Of a DNA stretch of 44,197 bases, positions 20,493 to 28,787 are shown one piece after another. This DNA is from Hydrurus foetidus (lineage: Eukaryota). The stretch is taken from positions 372,001-416,197 of the forward strand of contig UYFQ01000600.1 in assembly GCA_900617105.1 (NCBI GenBank), written 5' to 3'. Position 1 is the stretch's first letter; the number at the start of each line of letters is the position of its first letter. The translations under genes and the position numbers were made by a program. Below the pieces are notes generated by a model. It saw only the letters and a program-made list of their open reading frames with translations. It was not told where the DNA came from and did no database searches.

Positions 20493-20829
20493 CTAGCGGG
20501 GACGACCGTCCTCCCAGAAGTAACGACCGCTGCGGGAGTCGTAGTAATAATACCGGCCTGCGCGCTCGTCGTAGTACTGGCGGCGGTTGACCTCGGTTGC
20601 GCCGCAGCCACCGTCTTCGCGGCAGCCCTTGATGGCGCCGGCCGTGCCGCCGACAGCCGCGCCGATCGCGGCGCCCGTGCTGGCGCTGCCGCTGCCGACA
20701 TTGTTGCCGATCACGGCGCCAGAGCGCCAGGGCCGCGCCGCCGGCGGCGTTACGTTCAACATTGCCGGTCGAGGTGCAGGCCGTGGCCAGCAAGCCGACG
20801 CCCAGCAGGGCGATCATCGTCTTGTTCAT
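20493..20829 (-). CDS. Glycine-zipper lipoprotein with Tyr-rich tail (frameshift near 20725)
   Basis: MNKTMIALLGVGLLATAC lipobox, ERNAAGGAAL / GAVIGNNVG..GAAIGAAVGGTAGAIKG..RRQYYDERAGRYYYYDSRSGRYFWEDG. Confidence 0.8.
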
Positions 20830-20863
20830 TGTGGCTATCCCATCGCGCTGTTCTGGTCAGGCT

Positions 20864-20888
20864 AACGGCCGGCGCTATCCAAGGTTCC
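20864..20888 (-). promoter_or_regulatory. SigT promoter of glycine-zipper lipoprotein
   Basis: GGAAC-cttggatagcgccggc(16)-CGTT. Confidence 0.85.
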
Positions 20889-20901
20889 GCCGCCGGGCTC
20901 G

Positions 20902-20926
20902 GGAACCCTCGACAAGCTTGGCCGTT
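20902..20926 (+). promoter_or_regulatory. SigT promoter of DAG kinase-metallophosphoesterase operon
   Basis: GGAAC-cctcgacaagcttggc(16)-CGTT. Confidence 0.85.
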
Positions 20927-20956
20927 AGCCCGGGTGTCAATCAAGCGGAGCAGCCA

Positions 20957-21796
20957 GTGCGGCGCGTAGAGATCATCGCCAATATCGCCTCCGGATCCGT
21001 CGGCCCCGATGCGCCGGCGATCGCCGAACGGATCCTGGCCGAACACGGCGTCGCGGGAACCGTGCACACGCCGGGCGACGACCTGTCGGCCTGTCTGCGC
21101 AGCGTCATCGATTCCGATCCGGACGCGGTGTTCATCATCGCCGGCGACGGCACGGCGCGGGCCGCCGCCGAGATGTCGGGTCCCGACGGCCCGCCCATCG
21201 CGCCCCTGCCGGGCGGCACCATGAACATGCTGCCCCGCGCCTTCTATGGCGAGCGGTCCTGGCCCGAGGCCATGGAAGCCTGCCTGACGGAAGGCGCGCC
21301 GCGCGGTGTCGGGCGGCGGGTGGCCGGGCGCCAGTTCTTCGTCGCCGCTATCCTGGGCAGTCCGGCCCTCTGGGCCGACGCGCGAAAGCCGCTCGAGCCG
21401 GCAAGATCGGCCTGACGCTGTCGCGCGCCCACCGCGCGTTTCGACAGGCCCTTTTCCGGCTGGCTGCGCTGGATGGCCGCCCCAGCAGAAGACCAGGCCC
21501 TGGCTGATGTGTCCCTGGTTTCCACCGTTCTGGACGAGGGACGAGCGGGCGCTCGAGGCGGCGGCGCTGGGCCGTCCAACGCCATCGAGATCTTCCGCCT
21601 GGGGGTAAGCGCGCTGAGCGGAACCTGGCGCGATGATCCCTCGGTCAGCATGGGCCGCTGCCGGGTGGGCCGGGTATGGGCCGGGGGCCGGATTCCGGCC
21701 ATTCTGGATGGCGAGCCGATTCGTCTGGAGCCCGAGGTCCACATCCGCTTTCGCCCCAAGGCCTTCCGCGCCTTCGCCCTGCCCGAGCCGCCATGA
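20957..21796 (+). CDS. Diacylglycerol/lipid kinase family protein (several frameshifts 21300-21560)
   Basis: IIANIASGS, AGDGTARAAAE, PLPGGTMNML, C-terminal AILDGEPIRL..IRFRPKA. Confidence 0.8.
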
Positions 21797-22589
21797 CCGT
21801 CAAGATCATCCAGGTCCGGACATCCATTCGGCGGCGAGGCCGGCGGCCACCGAGGCGGCGCTGGCCCGGTTTCATCTGGAAAAGCCCGACCTGCTGGTGG
21901 CGGCCGGCGACCTGACCCGCGATGGCGCGGTCGCCGAGTTCGACGCGGCCAGGGCCTGGCTGGATCGCGCGCCCACGCCCCTGTTCACCACGCCGGGCAA
22001 TCACGACACCCCCTATGTGGGACCCGGCGAGCTGCTGGAACGGTTCATCGCCCCCTGGCGACGCTATGAGGCGCGCTTTGGTCCGGCCGATGGCGGCGTC
22101 TGGAGGGCGCCGGGCGTGTCGGTCTTTGGCGTCAATACCGCCCGCCGGGCGCAGCTGCGCTGGAACTGGTCGAAAGGGGCTATTTCAAACGGCCAGATCC
22201 AGCGCCTGGAAGGCCAGCTGGCCGCCGCTGCGCCGGGCGACGCCCGGATCGTGGTCTGCCATCACCCGCTGATGGAGCTGACCGGCGAGCCGATGACCAG
22301 CGAGGTGCACGGCGGAACGCGCGCCGCCAACAGCCTGTCGACGGCGGGCGCCGATCTGGTCCTGTCAGGCCATATCCATACGCCGTTCGTGGCGCCCTAT
22401 CCGTTCGGCGACGGCATGACGCGGGCGGTGGTGTCGGGCACGCTGTCGGTGCGCGAGCGTGGCGTTCCGCCCAGCTTCAACATCATCGAGATCGACCCCG
22501 CCGAGATCCGCGTCACGGCCATGGCGTTCGAGCGGATCGAGTTCGTCGTCTGGCGCACCTGGGCCTTCGACCGACGACCCCTGGCCTGA
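21793..22589 (+). CDS. Calcineurin-like metallophosphoesterase (frameshift near 21815-21845)
   Basis: DIH, AGDLT, PGNHD, CHHP, SGHIH motifs; ATGA overlap with upstream gene. Confidence 0.85.
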
Positions 22590-22597
22590 AACGCAAA

Positions 22598-22621
22598 ACG
22601 GCGCGGCTTTCGCCGCGCCGT
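22598..22621. terminator. Hairpin between convergent metallophosphoesterase and sod
   Basis: ACGGCGCGGC-tttc-GCCGCGCCGT, A-tract on the left side (U-tract on minus strand). Confidence 0.75.
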
Positions 22622-22643
22622 CTGAACGTCGAAACCCGATGCT

Positions 22644-23255
22644 CTATTGCGGAGCCGGATAGCACCAGGCCTCGCCCGCGCCCTTGGCGGCGGCGAACTG
22701 GCTGTCGGCCAGGGTCCAGTTGGCCAGGGTGTCGAACCAGGCTTCCAGGAAGCCCTTCCGATTGTTCTGGTGGTCCAGATAATAGGCGTGTTCCCAGACG
22801 TCGCAGACCAGCAGCGGGGTCACGCCGTCCTGGGTCACCGTGGTGGCCGCGTCGTGGGTCGAGATCACCTTCAGCTTGCCGCCTTCCGACACCAGCCACA
22901 CCCAGCCCGAGGCGAAGTGGCCGACGCCCTCGGTGACAAAAGCGGTCTTCAGCGACGCCAGGTCACCGAAGGCTTCGGCGATCGCGTGCAGGTCAGCGCG
23001 GCGCAGTCTTTCAGGCTCATGGCGTCCCAGAAGAAGGCGTGGTTCCAGGCCTGGGCGGCGTTGTTGAACACCTTGCCCGGAGCTGCGGTCTTGATGACCT
23101 CTTCCAGCGAGCCCTTGTCGTCGCCGTTCAGCAGGCCGTTCAGCGCCGTGACATAGGCGGCGTGGTGCTTGTCGTGGTGGAAAGTGCAGGGTGTTGGCCG
23201 AAACGGTCGGCTCCAGCGCCTCATAGGCGTAGGGAAGCTCGGGCAGGGTGTACAT
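22644..23255 (-). CDS. sodB: Fe-type superoxide dismutase (frameshifts near 23180 and 23000)
   Basis: LPELPYAYEALEP, HHDKHHAAYV, VFNNAAQAWNHAFFW (Fe-type AAQ), FASGWVWL, DVWEHAYY. Confidence 0.88.
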   Translation of the reverse strand: MYTLPELPYAYEALEPTVSANTLHFPPRQAPRRLCHGAERPAERRRQGLAGRGHQDRSSGQGVQQRRPGLEPRLLLGRHEPERLRRADLHAIAEAFGDLASLKTAFVTEGVGHFASGWVWLVSEGGKLKVISTHDAATTVTQDGVTPLLVCDVWEHAYYLDHQNNRKGFLEAWFDTLANWTLADSQFAAAKGAGEAWCYPAPQ

Positions 23256-23309
23256 GCTGACTCCATGGAAAGGCGTTCCCCGGAGGGGGAGGATGGGAAC
23301 GCAAAGAAC

Positions 23310-23334
23310 AACGGGGATTTAGCGCGGCGGTTGC
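23310..23334 (-). promoter_or_regulatory. Probable SigT promoter of sod (variant -35)
   Basis: GCAAC-cgccgcgctaaatccc(16)-CGTT, spanning the upstream gene's stop. Confidence 0.6.
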
Positions 23335-23717
23335 CGCGGTTCCATGAAGGCTTTGAAAACCGCCGCTGTCAGGGTCGGGTTTTTCAGCGCGAAGATGCCG
23401 GCGGCCAGGCCCGCGCCGATCGACAGCAGCGGCCGATCCTTGACGATGTCGACGACCTTTTCGGCGAAACTGAACGGCTCCGGCGCAGCGCCGGCGCGGG
23501 GCGGCTGGCCCTGCTCGGCCTTGCGGGCGGCGATCAGGCCGGCAATGGCCACGATCAGGGCGGCCACGGCCGCGACCACGGCGGCGGCGCCGGCCGGACC
23601 CAGCCAGGTCTCGACCACGGCGTACAGCGCAAAGGCCGCCGCGAACACGCCGACGGCAGCGGCAGCCGCTATGGCCGCCGCCGCCGCGAGCGTCATCAGG
23701 GTCTTTTCGAAGATCAC
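23319..23717 (-). CDS. Small multi-TM membrane protein coupled to DUF883 gene
   Basis: Two to three Ala-rich TM helices, DRPLLSIGAGLAAG; 4-nt overlap with upstream gene. Confidence 0.7.
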   Translation of the reverse strand: MIFEKTLMTLAAAAAIAAAAAVGVFAAAFALYAVVETWLGPAGAAAVVAAVAALIVAIAGLIAARKAEQGQPPRAGAAPEPFSFAEKVVDIVKDRPLLSIGAGLAAGIFALKNPTLTAAVFKAFMEPRQPPR

Positions 23718-24070
23718 CGGTCGTTGTTGCGGTTGCCGGCGATCAGCAGGCCGATCAGCACGCCGACGCCGAGCCCGGCCAGGGTGGCGGTCAGCGGGCG
23801 TTCGCGCACCCGCTCGGTGACATAGCGCTGGGCGTCGTCCAGCTGCTGGCCGGCGGTGTCGGTATAGGTGCGGCTCTGGGCGCGCAGGGTGTCCAGGCCT
23901 TCGGCGACCGATTTCTCGACGCGCTTGGCGGCCTCGGCCAGCGACGCCTTGGCGGCCGTGGCGGCTTCCACAAAGCTGCGCTCGGCGTGTTCAACGCTTT
24001 CAGCAGCAGCGGTCTTCACCTTTTCGGCGTCTTTCGCGGCGGTCTTCAGGACATCAGCAGGCATGGTCAT
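23714..24070 (-). CDS. DUF883/ElaB/YqjD-family tail-anchored protein
   Basis: Ala/Lys helical body, VRERPLTATLAGLGVGVLIGLLI C-terminus; GGAG RBS. Confidence 0.85.
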   Translation of the reverse strand: MTMPADVLKTAAKDAEKVKTAAAESVEHAERSFVEAATAAKASLAEAAKRVEKSVAEGLDTLRAQSRTYTDTAGQQLDDAQRYVTERVRERPLTATLAGLGVGVLIGLLIAGNRNNDR

Positions 24071-24125
24071 CTCCGGTTCGCGGCGCGGCCAACAGAGCGG
24101 GCTGGCAATCTCGTCGAGCCCGGTG

Positions 24126-24151
24126 AACGCGGAGCCCCACCGAGCGGTTCC
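24126..24151 (-). promoter_or_regulatory. SigT promoter of DUF883 operon
   Basis: GGAAC-cgctcggtggggctccg(17)-CGTT. Confidence 0.82.
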
Positions 24152-24219
24152 ACAATAGCGTGGGGTTGGGAGCTTCACCACTGTGGAATCGTCACTCGCG
24201 TCTGACGCGAAGCGAGTCT

Positions 24220-26150
24220 ATGGTCGAAAACATGGTGGATCCCGACTCCGCGCACGACACCGACAAGGAAGCCGTCCGGCTTCGCGCCACCAAGGCGCTG
24301 AAGGCCTTCGACCGTCCCGGCGAAAATCCCCATTTCACGACTGATTCGCCTTGCGGCCCGCAGTTTCCATGCGCCGCGCGCCCGGCTGTGGCTGATCGGC
24401 GGCTCGCGGCTGCATTGCAAGGTCAGCCTCGGCTTCGGCCACGACGGCGAGGTGACGCGTCGCGCCGGATCGCTGGCCGACCTCCTGATCGCCCTGGGCG
24501 AACCGCTGGTCTGCGGGAATGCGGCCACGGACGCCCGGCTGACACGCTTACATTGCCCGATGTCGGCTTCCTGGGCTGCGCGCCCCTGATCGATCCCGAC
24601 GGCCAGGTGGTCGGGTTTCTGACCGTGGAAGACCCCAGCCCCGAACGGCGATCGACCCCGACGCCAGCCAGACGCTCAGCGACCTGGCCGCCCTGGCCAT
24701 GGAGGCCCTGCTGCGCGATCGCGTCGCCGGTGAAGCCAACACGGTCCGCACGCTCGACAGCGAACGCCTGGCCCTGGCCATCGGCGCCGCCAGCCTGGGC
24801 GAGTTCGAATGGGATCGCGCGCTCGATATCTACCGGATCAGTCCGCGCCTGGCCAAGATCGCCCACCTGCCGGTCGGCGAGATTCCCGCCGAAGATGGCC
24901 AGTCGCTGTTTCGCTATGTCCATGCCGACGATCGCGCCGAGATCCAGCGCGACGTCGACGCCCAGTTGCGCAAGCGCGGCCGCTATGAGGTGGAGTTCCG
25001 CCGCAATCCCGACGACAAGGGCCGGATCCAGTGGAACCGCGCCGCCGGCGTGATGACGCTCGACGAACAGGGCGAACCGACCCGCCTGATCGGCGTGATC
25101 CAGGACATCACCGACCGCAAGCAGCAGGACCAGCAGCGCGAGAGCCTGCTGGCCGAGCTGGACCATCGCATCAAGAACCTGCTGGCGGTCGTCCAGTCGG
25201 TCGCCGCCCAATCGGCCCGCAAGTCGTCGTCGCTGGATGTGTTCCTCAAGACCTTCGCCGGCCGGCTGAAATCGATGAGCTCGGCCCATGACCTGCTCAG
25301 CGCCGCCCGCTGGCGCGGGGCCACCCTGGCCCGGATCGCCGCCGCCGAACTGGGCGGGCTGGCTCCCACCCAGACGCGCTGGGACGGCCCCGAACTGTTC
25401 CTGACCCCGCGCGCGGCCTCGGCCCTGTCGCTGACCCTGCACGAGCTGGCCGTCAATGCGGTGAAGTTTGGCGCCCTGTCGACCGAGAACGGCAAGGTTG
25501 AGGTGGTCTGGCGGCGCTCGCCCGATGGCGGCTTTGCGCTGGAATGGCTGGAAACCGGCGGACCGCCGGCGACCGAACCGACCAAGCGCGGCTTTGGCGC
25601 GACCCTGGTCGAGGACGTGGTCGGGCGCGAGCTGGGCGGCCGGGCGCGTATCGACTATCGACGCAGTGGGGTCAGCGCACTGATCCAGGCCGCCGCCCAC
25701 GCCTTGGCCGACGGCCCCCCGCCCGAGCCTGAAAAGGCCGCGCCCGAACGGATCGTCGAGACCCTGATCGCCGCCGACGAAAACATCCGCCCCGGCGCCA
25801 TCGCCGGCCTCAGGGTGCTGATCGTCGAGGACTCCCTGCTGCTGGCCCTGGAGCTGGAATCAGGCCTCGAGGACGCCGGCGTCGTCGTGGTCGGCTGCGC
25901 CGCCGAGCTGGGCGAGGCCCTGTCGATGCTGGACCAGGCCTTCGACGTGGCCGTTCTGGACGCCGACCTCAATGGCCAGTCGGTCGCTCCGGTGGCCGAG
26001 ATCCTGCGCGGCCAGGGCCGGCCGTTCGTGTTCGCCACCGGCTATGCCGACAAGGCCGCCCCCATGGGCTTTGACGCGCCCATCGTGCGCAAGCCGTACA
26101 ATGTGCACCAGATCGCGCGGGCGATCGCGGATGTGACCGGGCGGCACTAG
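24220..26150 (+). CDS. Hybrid HWE histidine kinase (GAF-like, PAS, HWE_HK, receiver); frameshifts 24340-24680
   Basis: GEFEWD..VHADDR..QDITDRK PAS; ELDHRIKNLL; HELAVNAVKFGALS; EWLETGGP; GFGAT; receiver VED..LDADL..FATGY..RKP. Confidence 0.88.
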
Positions 26151-26162
26151 GCCTTTTGATTG

Positions 26163-26279
26163 ATCCTCCCCCTGAAGGGGGAGGCGGTCCCCGGAGGCCG
26201 GTGGGGGAAGACCCGACCGGGTCAGCAGCACTTCCGGCTCCGATCGCGCGCGATCGCCTCCCCCGCTAGGGGGAGGACT
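26163..26279. repeat. Palindromic intergenic repeat, family A (inverted copy of 10990..11104)
   Basis: ATCCTCCCCCTGAAGGGGGAGG...CGATCGCCTCCCCCGCTAGGGGGAGGACT. Confidence 0.85.
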
Positions 26280-26283
26280 TGGC

Positions 26284-27474
26284 TCACAGCACCTTGCGCG
26301 CCCGCAGACCCGCGATCGCCTCATCGCTCAGCCCCGCCACCTCGCGCAGCACGGCGTCGGTGTGTTCGCCCAGGGTTGGCCCGGTCCAGCGCACGGCGCC
26401 CGGGGTTTCCGACAGGCGCGGGAAGGCGTTCTGCATCTTCACCTGTGGCGGATGCGGCACGCTGACGATCGACTCCCGCGCCGCAAAATGCGGATCGGCC
26501 AGCATCTCGGGCGCGCGATAGATCCGGCCGGTGGCGATGCCCGCCTTTTCCAGCAGGGGCAGCAGGGCCTCGATCTGCTGGTCGGCGGTCCAGGCGGCGA
26601 TGCGGGCGTCCAGCTCGCCCTGGTGCGCGCCGCGCGCCGCGTGATCCCTGTAGCGCACGTCGTCGGCCAGATCGGGCCGGCCCATCAGGTCGCACAGCCG
26701 CCGAAACAGGGTGTCCTGATTGGCGCCGATCAGAACCAGTTCGCCGCTCTTGGTGGGATAGACGTTCGACGGCGCGATGCCGGGCAGCACAGCCCCCGAC
26801 CGCTCGCGGATATAGCCGGTCAGGTCATATTCGGTGATCAGGTTCTCCATCACCGTCAGCACGCTCTCATAGATGGCCGCGTCGACCACCTGGCCCCGAC
26901 CGGTGCGATCGCGCGCATGCAGGGCCATCATCACCCCCAGCGCGGCGTTCAGGCCCGACAGGCTGTCGCCGATCGAGATGCCGGCCCGGGCCGGATTGCG
27001 GTCCGGCTCGCCGGTGATGTGGCGCAGCCCGCCCATGGCCTCGCCGACCAGGGCGTAGCCGGCGCGCTTCGAATAGGGTCCGGTCTGGCCAAAGCCCGAC
27101 ACCCGCGCCATCACCAGGCCCGGATGTTCGGCCGACAGGGCCTCATAGCCCATGCCCCAGGCCTCCAGCGTGCCCGGCCGGAAGTTCTCGACCACCACAT
27201 CGGCCTTGGCGATCAGGGCCCGGGCCAGGTCGCGGCCCTCGTCCGTGCGCAGGTCGAGGGTCACGGATTTCTTGTTGCGGCCGATCACCGGCCACCAGGG
27301 CGACAGGCCCTGGGGCTTGCTGCGACCCCACTGGCGCATCGGATCGCCGACCCCGGGATCTTCCAGCTTGATCACCTCGGCGCCGAAGTCGCCCAGGATC
27401 TGGCCGCAGAAGGGCCCCGCGATCAGCGAGCCCATTTCGATGACCCGCAATCCGGACAGCGGTGATTGGGCCAT
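26284..27474 (-). CDS. CaiB/BaiF family III CoA-transferase
   Basis: PLSGLRVIE, AGPFCG, GAEVIKLE, RNKKSVTLDL, DVVVENFRPG, SGFGQTGPY, GDSLSG, PTLGEHT. Confidence 0.93.
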   Translation of the reverse strand: MAQSPLSGLRVIEMGSLIAGPFCGQILGDFGAEVIKLEDPGVGDPMRQWGRSKPQGLSPWWPVIGRNKKSVTLDLRTDEGRDLARALIAKADVVVENFRPGTLEAWGMGYEALSAEHPGLVMARVSGFGQTGPYSKRAGYALVGEAMGGLRHITGEPDRNPARAGISIGDSLSGLNAALGVMMALHARDRTGRGQVVDAAIYESVLTVMENLITEYDLTGYIRERSGAVLPGIAPSNVYPTKSGELVLIGANQDTLFRRLCDLMGRPDLADDVRYRDHAARGAHQGELDARIAAWTADQQIEALLPLLEKAGIATGRIYRAPEMLADPHFAARESIVSVPHPPQVKMQNAFPRLSETPGAVRWTGPTLGEHTDAVLREVAGLSDEAIAGLRARKVL

Positions 27475-27496
27475 TTCGATCTTCCCCAGAGTTCCG

Positions 27497-27522
27497 GGAA
27501 CCGTTCACGGCCCCGTGATGTT
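27497..27522 (+). promoter_or_regulatory. Probable SigT promoter of DUF4142 gene (variant -10)
   Basis: GGAAC-cgttcacggccccgtga(17)-TGTT. Confidence 0.55.
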
Positions 27523-27595
27523 TTTGATGCGAGCGGCGCCGCGTGACGCCGACCAGACTTCAACCTCTAGAAAAATCGCGCAGGGAAAGACAGCC

Positions 27596-28192
27596 ATGAC
27601 CCGCCATCTCCTCATCATCGGCGCCGCCTTCGCCGCCCTCAGCCTCGCCGCCTGCGGCGACAAGACCGAGACCAAGGGCGCAGCGACCCCTTCGGAACAG
27701 GCCGCCACGCCTGACGCCAACCCCGCCGCCACCGTTCCGACCGTGGCCGACGAGACCAAGGCCGATGTCTTCGCCATGAAGGCGGCTGACCTCAACATGT
27801 TCGAGATCGAATCCGCCAAGCTGGCCGCCGCGCGCTCGACCAATGCCCAGGTCAAGGCCTTCGCCGGCAAGATGGCTGCCGCGCACGGCAAGACCGGCGA
27901 AGGCCTGCAGGCGGCGATTGCAGCGTCGGGTGCGGCGATCATCCTGCCGATGACCCTGTCCAAGGACCTGCAGGATGACCTGAACGACCTGAGCAAGGCC
28001 AGCGACGGAGACTTCGACAAGAAGTACGCCGACGGCCAGGTCGACGCCCATCAGGCGATGCTGAACCTGCTGCAACGCTACGCCCAGGACGGCGACACTC
28101 CCGCCGTCAAGGCCTTCGCCGCCGCCACGGCCCCGACCGTTCAGGAGCACCTGAACATGGCCGAAGGCCTCAAGAAGGGCTTCGTGAACTAA
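27596..28192 (+). CDS. DUF4142 lipoprotein
   Basis: Lipobox LAAC; NMFEIESAKLA..VKAFAGKM..H, FDKKY..QVDAH, PTVQEHL. Confidence 0.85.
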   Translation: MTRHLLIIGAAFAALSLAACGDKTETKGAATPSEQAATPDANPAATVPTVADETKADVFAMKAADLNMFEIESAKLAAARSTNAQVKAFAGKMAAAHGKTGEGLQAAIAASGAAIILPMTLSKDLQDDLNDLSKASDGDFDKKYADGQVDAHQAMLNLLQRYAQDGDTPAVKAFAAATAPTVQEHLNMAEGLKKGFVN

Positions 28193-28224
28193 GGCGCAGC
28201 ATCTGAATTTCCAACGTCCCATCA

Positions 28225-28331
28225 CTTGTCATCCCGGAAGCCTCGCAGAGGCTATCCGGGACCCCGGGGCAGCCGCATTGCAGTGGCTCCTGGGTCCCGG
28301 CTCTCCGCTTCGCTGCGGCCGGGATGACAAG
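28225..28331. repeat. Palindromic intergenic repeat, family B (GTCATCCCGG...CCGGGATGAC)
   Basis: 13-bp terminal IR CTTGTCATCCCGG/CCGGGATGACAAG, inner hairpins; inverted sibling at 35530..35625. Confidence 0.9.
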
Positions 28332-28361
28332 GTTTGCGGCGTTGAAGGTGAGATTGGGCTC

Positions 28362-28787
28362 TTACGGAATCGCGTAGGCGACCGTCGCCTTGGCGGCGGC
28401 TCGCTCGCGCGATTCCGTCCACATCAGGACATCGACCGTCGCGATGCGGCGGCCAAGTTTCAGCAGCGTGGCCTCGGCATAGAGGTCACCCGGCTTGCAG
28501 CCTCGCAGGAAATGGATCGTCAGCGAGGTCGTGACCGCCAGGGGCACCTCACCGATATGGGTCAGGATTGCCGCATAGGCGGCGGTATCGGCCATGGCCA
28601 TCAGGGTCGGCCCCGAGATCACCCCGCCCGGCCGCAACTGCCGCGACGCGAAGGCCTGGCGCATCAGGACGCGGCCCTCGGACGCCTCGATCGCCTCGGG
28701 CATCGAGGCCGGATCGCCTTCGGGAAAGGCGCGCTGCAGGAAGGCGTTGAACGCCGCCGCATCCAGCTTCAGTCCGCTCTCGCTCAT
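28362..28787 (-). CDS. PaaI-family hotdog thioesterase
   Basis: LRPGGVISGPTLMAMAD, AVTTSLTIHFLR, LKLGRR, ATVAYAIP; ATGA overlap with upstream gene. Confidence 0.88.
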   Translation of the reverse strand: MSESGLKLDAAAFNAFLQRAFPEGDPASMPEAIEASEGRVLMRQAFASRQLRPGGVISGPTLMAMADTAAYAAILTHIGEVPLAVTTSLTIHFLRGCKPGDLYAEATLLKLGRRIATVDVLMWTESRERAAAKATVAYAIP

